From the IMG/VR virus record IMGVR_UViG_3300032272_000027, positions 1-43,452 of that record: a stretch of 43,452 nucleotides of DNA. The stretch is one strand, 5' to 3'. Every line of letters starts with the position of its first letter. The stretch's first letter is position 1. A model generated the notes under the pieces. That model searched no databases and was not told where the DNA came from. It saw nothing but the letters and a program-made list of their open reading frames with translations. Positions 1 through 7,710 of the stretch are shown here, in pieces. Source of the stretch: a virus (taxonomy: Duplodnaviria > Caudoviricetes). The position numbers were made by a program, and so were the translations under genes.

Positions 1-120
1 CCTTCGCCTACCCCTAAAATCATCTATACGCTCGCTTTCGTCTTTGCTTCCACAAGTTCAAGATCTCGGCGGCGGGTTCGGTTTCGCATAGCCGCGAGGA
101 TCCCCATACCAACAGCAGTA
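1..120. repeat. Direct terminal repeat copy 1 (identical to 43333-43452), most likely assembly overlap of a circular or permuted genome
   Basis: Bases 1-120 (ccttcgcctacccc...aacagcagta) match 43333-43452 exactly; ORFs continue across the junction. Confidence 0.95.
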
Positions 121-440
121 ATGCCAGCCTGCCCACCAAGCGACCCGGCTAGCCCGGACAGCCCACCGTCCTTGAGGGCCGACACTAGCGCCATAGCCTC
201 TTCAGTGCGCTTGGCGACGATCTCAACCCGATCCTCTACTTCACGATCGTAATCTTCCTGGGCGTCCTGGATCTCGGCCCTAGCCTGATCCTTCGTAATA
301 GACCGGTCCTCCAACCCCTCGAGCGTCTTAGTCACGCCCTCGGCATATCGCGCCTGGCTATCCCTCAACGAAGCGATATCCCCGGGCATTACGCATCCGG
401 AAATCAACGGAATCAGCAGCGCGATTGCAAATCTACTCAT
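24..440 (-). CDS. Lipoprotein with C-terminal hydrophobic segment; candidate unimolecular spanin
   Basis: Signal peptide with lipobox (LLIPLISG/C), helical charged middle, Gly-rich hydrophobic stretch (GITAVGMGILAAM) followed by RNRTRRR; AGGAGG-type RBS upstream; first gene of the late operon. Confidence 0.6.
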   Translation of the reverse strand: MSRFAIALLIPLISGCVMPGDIASLRDSQARYAEGVTKTLEGLEDRSITKDQARAEIQDAQEDYDREVEDRVEIVAKRTEEAMALVSALKDGGLSGLAGSLGGQAGITAVGMGILAAMRNRTRRRDLELVEAKTKASV

Positions 441-537
441 ATCTTCCTCCTTGGGTGGGCCTTATCTACCCTAGAACCACCCCACAGGACACGCGAACCC
501 GTGAAATGCACCGGGGAGAACCGTAAGGTAGGAGGCC

Positions 538-927
538 ATGAGCAACAAACGAAGAGGCGGGTTCTCCGAGGCGATCTTCACCGCAATCGCCCAGTACAAG
601 CACATACACGTTGCCTCACCAGTCACACCAGAGAAGTACGACTTCGTCATGCGAATGGATCAGAAGTGGTTCACTGTCCAAGTAAAGTCATTGACGCACG
701 ATAGGGGGCGAAGGTCGGCGTCAGTGCGGAGATCGGGCCATAAGGGGTACGAAATTGGGGATTTCGACTATCTGGCCATAATCGACCAAAAAAACCTTAC
801 TTCTTGGCTTATACCCTCGCATCTGGTCTCTGGCGGCGTGACCGTAAGCCCGTATCTCGGCAAATGGGACGAGTACCGATGGCATACCGGACACTTCGAC
901 CCGTCAATACCCGTAAAGAGCCGATAA
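538..927 (+). CDS. PD-(D/E)XK endonuclease (PDDEXK_5 / group I intron-associated type)
   Basis: G..SE ... YDFV ... VQVKS ... Y..GDFDYLAI ... WLIP motif pattern; GGAGG RBS. Confidence 0.75.
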   Translation: MSNKRRGGFSEAIFTAIAQYKHIHVASPVTPEKYDFVMRMDQKWFTVQVKSLTHDRGRRSASVRRSGHKGYEIGDFDYLAIIDQKNLTSWLIPSHLVSGGVTVSPYLGKWDEYRWHTGHFDPSIPVKSR

Positions 928-1406
928 TGGACAAATCGGACGCGCTGAACATAGCCCGGGAGGCGCTGGGTCCAATGCTTTCCGCCCTATCATTGACCCA
1001 CTGGACTATCAATCTCACGGCAGACAGCGAGGATGACCATGAGACCCTAGCCTCGGTCTCCTTCAATCACCTATACGCCTCCGCTACGATCAATATCGAC
1101 CCGAATAAGCTATCCAACCCCACGGCAATCCTCGCCAGCCTCCGCCACGAACTAATCCACCTCCTACTTTCCCCCTACGATATGCCAGAAACTCTATTAC
1201 CCGAATGCACCGAAGCGCCAATCACCCCCACCCTCCTAAAGTCACTCGAACACGCCAATGAGCTATCTATCCTCAACCTAGAAACCACCCTCGACGCACT
1301 CGGCCACACCGCATCCGCGCTTGCCCAGTACACGCAACCTCAGGTAAACTCCCCGTCCAAGAAATCCAGAACCAAAAAGCCACGAGGACGGAAAAAGACA
1401 ACGTGA
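927..1406 (+). CDS. HExxH zincin-like metallopeptidase (SprT/ImmA-like)
   Basis: SLRHELIHLLL with downstream Glu (EHANE); ATG at 927 overlaps the TAA of the upstream gene (track start 804 is probably too long). Confidence 0.6.
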   Translation: MDKSDALNIAREALGPMLSALSLTHWTINLTADSEDDHETLASVSFNHLYASATINIDPNKLSNPTAILASLRHELIHLLLSPYDMPETLLPECTEAPITPTLLKSLEHANELSILNLETTLDALGHTASALAQYTQPQVNSPSKKSRTKKPRGRKKTT

Positions 1407-1591
1407 CAGCAATCTCATTCCCGCGACATCAGCCAAAAATCAACGAATCAGTGATCTACCGAGGCAAAGATATCCGCAAAATCGAAGACGCAGAGGCTCT
1501 GAGGGCGATTATCGTAGAGCAGCAGAAGAGAATTGAGCAGTGGGCAGATACAGCAAGAGAGAGCTTGGAAGTGCGGCGGGTAGAGGTGTGA
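1403..1591 (+). CDS. Hypothetical small coiled-coil protein
   Basis: GTGA overlap with the upstream stop; 62 aa. Confidence 0.5.
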   Translation: MTAISFPRHQPKINESVIYRGKDIRKIEDAEALRAIIVEQQKRIEQWADTARESLEVRRVEV

Positions 1592-1809
1592 CAAAAGGTC
1601 ATCACTTATGCGTAACTGTCAACCATTCGACACTTTTCGCATAGGCGGCAAAAATTTCAGAGTGGATATATGGATAAAAATGACGCGCATCAATGGGGGG
1701 CCCACCCCGGCCGGGCCTCTCGAGCAACTCCAGAACAATGAGTGCACAATCCGACCCCTTCTCCCCCCCCCCATCCTTCTCCCTCTGCCCACCCCACAAT
1801 CGTTCTAGG

Positions 1810-1837
1810 TGTTCCGATAACGGTCCTTATGTTGCGT
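1810..1837 (+). other. dif-like XerC/XerD recombination site
   Basis: TGTTCCGATAA-CGGTCC-TTATGTTGCGT has the 11-6-11 layout of E. coli dif (GGTGCGCATAA-TGTATA-TTATGTTAAAT), with conserved ATAA and TTATGTT flanking a 6-bp spacer; intergenic. Confidence 0.75.
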
Positions 1838-1926
1838 GGACCACGAACGAGTGCAACGCTACCCAACCAATGTATAGGTACCTAGCACCCGGTGCCCATT
1901 GGGGTTATGTGATACGGTGACGAACC

Positions 1927-2187
1927 ATGCCAAGCGGACGGAAAAGGGATTGCGTTATTGGCAATAGTAAGTCGGCCCACCCCCTACGCTTATATCGTGA
2001 GATTAAAGGGTTGAGCCGACCACAGCTAGAACGTCTGTCCGGAGTGCCGACCACCTATCTAACCGACATAGAACTCCGAGACCTGTACCCTACCCCCAGG
2101 TACATTGACGCCCTAGAACGGGCCCTAGGTATCGACCCTGGGGTTTTGGCCCTAGGTTTTTACCGGCACTATCTAGCTACCAAATAA
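1927..2187 (+). CDS. XRE/Cro-like helix-turn-helix regulator
   Basis: LRLYREIKGLSRPQLERLSGVPTTYLTDIE...P....IDALERALGI fits the HTH_3 pattern. Confidence 0.85.
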   Translation: MPSGRKRDCVIGNSKSAHPLRLYREIKGLSRPQLERLSGVPTTYLTDIELRDLYPTPRYIDALERALGIDPGVLALGFYRHYLATK

Positions 2188-2261
2188 CGGGTTAGGTTTC
2201 CCGCTCAAGTTTCTTTCGGATTGGATCGATCCAGGGCCTTGTATTGAGGGTTACTAATAGA

Positions 2262-2285
2262 GAGCAGCGTTTAGGCTCGCTGCTC
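2262..2285 (+). promoter_or_regulatory. Perfect 8-bp hairpin in the leader of the early genes (loop TTTAGGCT)
   Basis: GAGCAGCG-tttaggct-CGCTGCTC, about 30 nt upstream of the ATG at 2318. Confidence 0.5.
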
Positions 2286-2317
2286 CGATCTAGGCTTCTA
2301 CGGAAAAGGACCACGCA

Positions 2318-2704
2318 ATGATCGAAATCGAAATCTCAGCACTGTTTTGCTTCGAAGATGGCGAAGTTTCTTGCGAAGGCGAGGCTATCGACCGTATTTT
2401 CAGCCTCCTGGAAACAGGAGAGCTTGGCCCCAACGATTTTCAAATCGATATCGGGCCGACGCAATCCCTGACTCCCCGAAAAGGAAGAACGATGACGATC
2501 TACCAAACACTGAGAGACATGGGAGCCACGATGGATTCGCATGAGTCCGATCTACACGTCGTGGCTACACCCGATATTCGTAGGGCCGTTCGCGAGGCTG
2601 GAATCCGGTGGACGGAGTTCCGAGACGAAACCACAGGGCGGATCAACCTTGAAATCCCATTCGCCTACGATCCATTCTGGGAGAACCGGAGACGCGATGC
2701 GTAA
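2318..2704 (+). CDS. Hypothetical early protein; probable second in-frame start at 2492 giving a conserved small phage protein
   Basis: AAGGA RBS before 2318 and AAGGAAG before the ATG at 2492; C-terminal half has the DSHESDLHV...EIPFAYDPFWE pattern I recall from phage early proteins. Confidence 0.6.
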   Translation: MIEIEISALFCFEDGEVSCEGEAIDRIFSLLETGELGPNDFQIDIGPTQSLTPRKGRTMTIYQTLRDMGATMDSHESDLHVVATPDIRRAVREAGIRWTEFRDETTGRINLEIPFAYDPFWENRRRDA

Positions 2705-2846
2705 CGAAAGTGCGAAACCCACAACCCTTCATGACGCAATCCGCCAAGCGGAACACTCTGACCCTTTGAGCGCGGCGCGCGGAATTCTCACGGCGGTAGG
2801 CTTCACCATCATCTTGGTTGCACTCTGGATTGGATTGGGACTATGA
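2697..2846 (+). CDS. Small membrane protein
   Basis: MRNESAK...ARGILTAVGFTIILVALWIGLGL, one C-terminal TM; overlaps both neighbours. Confidence 0.55.
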   Translation: MRNESAKPTTLHDAIRQAEHSDPLSAARGILTAVGFTIILVALWIGLGL

Positions 2847-3193
2847 ATATCGGAACCATCATTCGCGCCACCCACCGAGCAGAAGATCTTGTCCCAGCAT
2901 TCGTTTCGGTTCTCGAGGACCGAATCGACGAAGCTCCACTTGAAATGGCAAAGGGTGAAGAACTCGACATGGTTGCGAGGATCAAGACGGCAACCCTACT
3001 CCTCGCGAACATTGAGGGGGTTCAACGCGAAATGGGCGAAGAGTACTTCGGTTCTGAGGAGTGTTCTTTTGATCTTGAGTGCCTGTTCAACGCCCTAGAT
3101 TCACTCGCGCCGATCGGAACATATTTCGGGGCGCATGAAGGTGACGGATCCGACTTTGGATTCTGGGAAGATGAAGGGGACGACGTAAGATGA
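2843..3193 (+). CDS. Acidic conserved phage early protein
   Basis: GTIIRATHRAEDLVPAF...LFNALDSLAP.GTYFGAHEGDGSDFGFW motif; ATGA coupling. Confidence 0.75.
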   Translation: MNIGTIIRATHRAEDLVPAFVSVLEDRIDEAPLEMAKGEELDMVARIKTATLLLANIEGVQREMGEEYFGSEECSFDLECLFNALDSLAPIGTYFGAHEGDGSDFGFWEDEGDDVR

Positions 3194-3447
3194 GACTCTA
3201 CGAAATCAACCGTTTAAGCTACTCGGATACCGGAATTACCGATTGGACTTTTGAGGGCACTCAAATCAATGCCCTATCGTCTGACCCTTTTGTAGCCCTG
3301 CGCGAAATCCGTGGCCTTTTGATTATTGGCGAGAGAAAAGCGGCGGTCGTCAAGGACATGGAAACAGGAGAGTACTTTGAGTTAACCGAGTGGGTCGACC
3401 ACAAGAACCAAGGTGTCCACAAAATGCCAGAACCCTTCATGACTTAA
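3190..3447 (+). CDS. Hypothetical protein
   Basis: ATGA overlap within the early operon. Confidence 0.6.
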   Translation: MRLYEINRLSYSDTGITDWTFEGTQINALSSDPFVALREIRGLLIIGERKAAVVKDMETGEYFELTEWVDHKNQGVHKMPEPFMT

Positions 3448-3479
3448 AAACGTCGCCAACACGCTAGAAAGCCAGAGAC

Positions 3480-3674
3480 ATGCAAGATAAACCCGAAAAC
3501 ACCGAGCACTATTCCAAGTACAGAATCCACCTGACGCCACCCTGGCCAGACAAGCCAAGCCGTGAGTCCTGGACAGAATATGCTACGGATTCAGTACAGG
3601 CCCGGGAAGCGTTCTGTCGTCGTCGTGAGTACCCTCGCGATTGGGTTCAAGTAACATGGGTGGATTTCGTATGA
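3480..3674 (+). CDS. Hypothetical protein
   Basis: In operon; stop overlaps the next ATG. Confidence 0.5.
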   Translation: MQDKPENTEHYSKYRIHLTPPWPDKPSRESWTEYATDSVQAREAFCRRREYPRDWVQVTWVDFV

Positions 3675-3880
3675 ATACGATCATAGAAAACGCCCGTGAA
3701 GACGCAAAAGCTTCCCTAGTATCACTCAACAGGGTAGCGCGCAGAGTCCGTGAAAACCTCGAAGATCAACTATCCCGGGGGGAACCGTACAACCCGGGCA
3801 ATGCTTGGGAAAAGGCTTGGACGGTTGAAGCGACGTTGTGCTTGAACGTAATGGCGACGAAGGGTAGTAACGATGGATAA
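3671..3880 (+). CDS. Hypothetical protein
   Basis: ATG at 3671 in ATGA overlap (track start 3641). Confidence 0.5.
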   Translation: MNTIIENAREDAKASLVSLNRVARRVRENLEDQLSRGEPYNPGNAWEKAWTVEATLCLNVMATKGSNDG

Positions 3881-4235
3881 CTTCACAAAGGCTTACCTAG
3901 AATGTGCGTTGTGGGCTTCCCATATGTGGATTGAAGGCGAGGACAATCCCGACCCACTGGAGGATCATTTAGACATAGATGACTTGCCTACGGAAGTGAT
4001 CGAAGAGGCAAAGTCCGATTGTGACGGATTCCGGAAGCTGGTCGATTGGAACGAACTGGAAGATGCCGACGATACCCGCGGTGGCCACGACTTCTTTTTA
4101 ACCCGTGAAGGTCATGGGGCTGGATTCTGGGATGGCGATTGGCCGGAGCCTCTAGCCACGACACTGACCCAAGCCAGTAAAGCATTCGGGGGACACGACT
4201 GGCACGGTTGCGACATGGTATCGGCGAAAGACTAA
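3873..4235 (+). CDS. Acidic conserved phage early protein (GHDF.LTR.GHGAGFWD family)
   Basis: FTKAYLECALWAS ... GHDFFLTREGHGAGFWDGDWP motif; function unknown. Confidence 0.8.
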   Translation: MDNFTKAYLECALWASHMWIEGEDNPDPLEDHLDIDDLPTEVIEEAKSDCDGFRKLVDWNELEDADDTRGGHDFFLTREGHGAGFWDGDWPEPLATTLTQASKAFGGHDWHGCDMVSAKD

Positions 4236-4254
4236 GCTAAACTTTCGGCGAATC

Positions 4255-4290
4255 GGCCGATTGGGCAACGGTGCTCAATCGGCCTTTTTT
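4255..4290 (+). terminator. Rho-independent terminator of the early operon
   Basis: GGCCGATTGGGCA-acgg-TGCTCAATCGGCC (13-bp stem with one G-U) followed by TTTTTT. Confidence 0.85.
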
Positions 4291-4346
4291 CGTATCAACT
4301 CAAAAGTAAAGGGGTCAATATGGCCATCCATTGATTCCGGCACGGG

Positions 4347-5114
4347 TCATTGTGCAGCGGTGAACGTCCCGCCATTCGACGAAGCTAAATCCCGAAGCCA
4401 ATCCGCTCCGGAGCCGCCGGCGGCAATCCAAACGGTATCGATCGGAATATCGGACCAGTTCGCCCCGGTTATAGCGGTCGCTTGTGCAAGTGCGGTCCCG
4501 CAGCCCCCGGGCATACCGTCCGAAACGACGATCAACCGCTTCCTTCGCTTGTTACTAGCCTGCAATTGACTCAGGCCCGAAACGGCGCTGGGAGCAACGC
4601 ACGTCCCCCCGCCAGCTTGGAGCAGCCAAACCCATCCCAATCCAGCCATCTTATTGCCGCTATTAGCAGGACGAAGGGCCCCAGCCCATTCCAGATTGTT
4701 ATCCCCAAAAGCATTCATTCCAAAATGCGCTCGAGAGGAGAGCTGACCAACGGCCCCGGTCACTTCCTGTTTCAAAACCTCAAGCTGACCGCCCCATCCC
4801 ATAGAACAGGACTTATCCATCGTCCAGAAGAACGCGTCCCCCTCAAATGTCGACCCATAAAACATGATCGATTCCGGCGCATCCTCGTCTTCCCCGTCCC
4901 CATTTGCGCCCGGCACCGGAAGGTCCAGGGGACGATGGGCCCCGGTATCGCCCAGGTGTAGGGGCGTCATCGGACGAAGGGCCCCAATGGTTGCGGGAAG
5001 AAGGGCCCCGTTCACTAAATCCCCACCATTTCCAACCGGGGAAACCCCGAGGTTGGGGGAAACTACGGGAAGAAGGGCCCCAAGGGAGAATATCAGGCCA
5101 ACCAGCGACCTCAT
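4347..5114 (-). CDS. Secreted von Willebrand factor A domain protein (host-like moron)
   Basis: Hydrophobic N-terminal signal, acidic linker, MIDAS DKSCS, GGGT, IVVSDGMP, IPIDTV, LRDLASSNGGTF. Confidence 0.85.
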   Translation of the reverse strand: MRSLVGLIFSLGALLPVVSPNLGVSPVGNGGDLVNGALLPATIGALRPMTPLHLGDTGAHRPLDLPVPGANGDGEDEDAPESIMFYGSTFEGDAFFWTMDKSCSMGWGGQLEVLKQEVTGAVGQLSSRAHFGMNAFGDNNLEWAGALRPANSGNKMAGLGWVWLLQAGGGTCVAPSAVSGLSQLQASNKRRKRLIVVSDGMPGGCGTALAQATAITGANWSDIPIDTVWIAAGGSGADWLRDLASSNGGTFTAAQ

Positions 5115-5366
5115 ACAGACCCCTTAGCTTCGCCCGTACTGCGCTCTCGTTCTCCCGAATCTCCGAAGAGGCTAGAGAAGCCCGCGTCGATCCTAGCCCT
5201 ATCCACGGCTTCCAGGATGGACGCTACGGGCCCCGGGTCGTTTAGGGTCTCTTGGATCGCCGTGTATGATCGTCTCAAAGGGCTGCCTCTAACTAAGTAT
5301 GCGCTACCTAGATAAGTAGACGATGGGCCCCACGGTTCCCCGCGGTCAATTGCTAATTTTCAAGAA

Positions 5367-5774
5367 TTAGGCGTTCGTACAGCCCATATCAGCTCCAGTC
5401 CTGTTCGGGGGAGGAGGGGGAGGAGGCGTGGTAAGCGTCTCTCCGTACTTCTCGAGTATCCCCCTGTACGCTTCTGGGAGTAGGTTCCCGTCATATCCCA
5501 GCGTGTATGCCTTGAGGTCGCAGTCTTCACACCAGGTTGCGGTAAGAATGTGCCTTCGATTCTCGTCCTGGACTAGATCCCAACGGACACGCTCATGGGT
5601 GCAGGGCCCCGCCTCCTTCTTTTCTACCCACCACGTCTGTTTCGTCCCCTTCAGCTCGTAGCAAATGGCTATGTCGTCCACGGTGAGTTCGGGGTACGCC
5701 TTGAGGTAGGAGGAGATCAGAGCTTCCTGGAGACGGTGGGTGTTCGCTATGGAGGTGTCGATATGCTCGGTCAT
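5367..5774 (-). CDS. Hypothetical protein with CxH..CxxC and a poly-Pro tail
   Basis: ATG at 5774 overlaps the upstream TGA, with a GGAG RBS (track start 5840 is probably too long). Confidence 0.6.
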   Translation of the reverse strand: MTEHIDTSIANTHRLQEALISSYLKAYPELTVDDIAICYELKGTKQTWWVEKKEAGPCTHERVRWDLVQDENRRHILTATWCEDCDLKAYTLGYDGNLLPEAYRGILEKYGETLTTPPPPPPPNRTGADMGCTNA

Positions 5775-6610
5775 TCCGTCTCCCCCGGCGGTTCGGGCAG
5801 GGGTTGCCAGTGGGTGGCGGGGTAGCAAGAGAACTCCCACTCTTTGGTCTTGGCCGAGTATCTCTGAGATATGAGGTCGCCGGTCTCGTCGTACGTCAGG
5901 TACACCCCGCTATCCTCCGGCAACCGCTCGGTCACGGGGATCCAGGTGGGCTGGGGGGCGGCTTTCTCTCGGACCCAGACGTGATCCTCGTTGCCTTCGC
6001 AAATTACAGACTTGGTGTTCCCCGGATCGGTCATGGACTCGAGAAGCCGGATCGCCTGGTGAACCCACACACCCCCACGCTTTCGGATTTCTATGACGAC
6101 GTTTGGCGGGAGGGGAGAGCCTTCCCTGGTGTTCCAGGCGGCGATGGCCTCCTTGTCTCCGTTCCACGGTTCTCCCCAAAACTCAGCAACCCGGGCGGAG
6201 CAGTCACGGCAATGGATCTCCATGTCCCGGAGACCGGTGGGGCCTGAGTAGTAATCCTCGGGTCCGTCAGCTTCACCCCCGCAGAACGGGCAGGGTAGTA
6301 GTTCGGTCATAATTCCCTCATCCAAGCTCCCGGCTTGCGACTGTTCAATCTTCTCAATGGTGAGATCAATCAACGGGGCGACGACGTGCTTCTGGATGGA
6401 AGCCTGGAGCTTGTCCGACGCTGCCTTGCTCCTCCTCAAAGACTCTTCGGCACTGCGAGGAGATGGAGCGCGGGTGTTCCAGGCGCTAATCTGGTCTAGA
6501 AAACCACCTGGCCACTGAGCGTACACCTTGCAAGTATAGCAGTGGATCATGTCGTTCGCCTGACAGAAGCTCGGCTCGCCGCAGAACGGGCAGGGCAGTA
6601 GGGCGGTCAC
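5771..6610 (-). CDS. Tandem Lar-family (restriction alleviation) zinc-finger domains plus DUF551
   Basis: Two LLPCPFCG...CxxC...AWNTR units; C-terminal WIPVTERLPE...THWQPLPEPP; GTG start at 6610 in GTGA overlap; internal ATG with RBS at 6310. Confidence 0.8.
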   Translation of the reverse strand: MTALLPCPFCGEPSFCQANDMIHCYTCKVYAQWPGGFLDQISAWNTRAPSPRSAEESLRRSKAASDKLQASIQKHVVAPLIDLTIEKIEQSQAGSLDEGIMTELLPCPFCGGEADGPEDYYSGPTGLRDMEIHCRDCSARVAEFWGEPWNGDKEAIAAWNTREGSPLPPNVVIEIRKRGGVWVHQAIRLLESMTDPGNTKSVICEGNEDHVWVREKAAPQPTWIPVTERLPEDSGVYLTYDETGDLISQRYSAKTKEWEFSCYPATHWQPLPEPPGETE

Positions 6611-7110
6611 ACCCCCACCTCGTTCCCCCAGGTAATCCAACCCGGTCGTGTGTCTCTAGCGAACAGCTCCACTTTAGTCTCCCCTGGGAATGCGTTGTCG
6701 ATGTGATCGTGTAGGTCCACCGGTTTTACCGAGTGCCTACCACGTTTCCTGCGGATTACCGACGACCGGCGTGATTTCGGCGTAGGTGGTGAGTGCTTCC
6801 CCTTCGTCCCGATCAAAACGTGTTCATGTTGACCCCGAGCCCAGTACCCCATGCCGAGAAGTTCCTTATCCCACACCATGTTTGATTTGTAGGTGAACCC
6901 CCAGGCGTCCATGACGGTGAGTGCTTCGCGGAGCTTTGGGGCAGTGGCCCAGAGGTATAGCGCGGAGTTGTTCTCCAGCTCGGGAAACCCGGAGGTGCCT
7001 GGGAGGGCGCAGATTTCCGGGACGGTGAGTGTCGGGTATTGGTTCTCGATCTTATTGGCCTTCGAGAGGCTGAACGAGTATCTCCACGGCGGATCGGCGA
7101 TGATGATCAT
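6607..7110 (-). CDS. MT-A70 family N6-adenine methyltransferase
   Basis: IIADPPW, LYLWAT, WGFTYK..VWDK, GMGYW.RGQHE, HSVKP, ELFAR...GW..WGNE. Confidence 0.92.
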   Translation of the reverse strand: MIIIADPPWRYSFSLSKANKIENQYPTLTVPEICALPGTSGFPELENNSALYLWATAPKLREALTVMDAWGFTYKSNMVWDKELLGMGYWARGQHEHVLIGTKGKHSPPTPKSRRSSVIRRKRGRHSVKPVDLHDHIDNAFPGETKVELFARDTRPGWITWGNEVGV

Positions 7111-7141
7111 TCGTCCCCCGCCCGTTCCTCAACCAAAACCG

Positions 7142-7237
7142 TCATCCGTTCAACCTCCCCCTCAGCCATTCCGCATACCACGGGGCCATCCATGCCGTTC
7201 TCGAGCGAGGGTGCCCGAGGATAAAAAATGGTGTCAT
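7142..7237 (-). pseudogene. 31-aa remnant of a sulfotransferase-like gene (not in the ORF track)
   Basis: Manual translation MTPFFILGHPRSRTAWMAPWYAEWLRGRLNG*; FFILGxPRSRTAW resembles the N-terminal PAPS-binding loop; ATGA-coupled at both ends. Confidence 0.55.
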
Positions 7238-7710
7238 TCGTCCCCCTTGATTCGCCCGACTATCTCGTCGATCTGCTTGCCGGACTCTCCTTGATAGATT
7301 TTCTCATGGACGTATGCAATCGTGCGTAGGCACCGCTCCTTCATCTTGGCGACGGCGTCCTCCTTCGTCCGTTTACCCGCCCGCCACTCGGCGAGTTCCG
7401 ACTGGTCTAGGAGGTTCTGGTTCTGGTAAGCCTGGATGTCTCCGCACTTCCCGTCGACAACACCTTCCAACCGCTCGTTCTCCACCCGCAACCGTTCGAT
7501 TGCGTCATCGTATCTAGTTTTGTTCCGCTCCCGCTCCTCGGAGACGACTGCCTTGACCTCCCTTCGCAACTCATCGACCACGTCGGCGGCTGCGGTCAAA
7601 GCGTCCACAATCCTCCTCTGGTCCGACTCGCTTATATCGGAGAGTTGCGCGAGACGAAGCGCGTTCGCCTCGGTGCGTAGGTGGCGCGGTAGTTCGGTGT
7701 CCGGTGTCAT
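7234..7710 (-). CDS. Hypothetical coiled-coil protein (EERER module family)
   Basis: ATGA coupling; shares the 17-bp EERER junction with the next two genes. Confidence 0.7.
   Translation of the reverse strand: MTPDTELPRHLRTEANALRLAQLSDISESDQRRIVDALTAAADVVDELRREVKAVVSEERERNKTRYDDAIERLRVENERLEGVVDGKCGDIQAYQNQNLLDQSELAEWRAGKRTKEDAVAKMKERCLRTIAYVHEKIYQGESGKQIDEIVGRIKGDE

Noticed and set aside
1-120. 120-bp terminal repeat as a true T7-like physical DTR
   Set aside because: It cuts through two late genes and has the size of an assembler overlap; it only shows circularity
538-927. Group I intron around the PD-(D/E)XK endonuclease
   Set aside because: The gene is free-standing with its own RBS and does not interrupt any ORF
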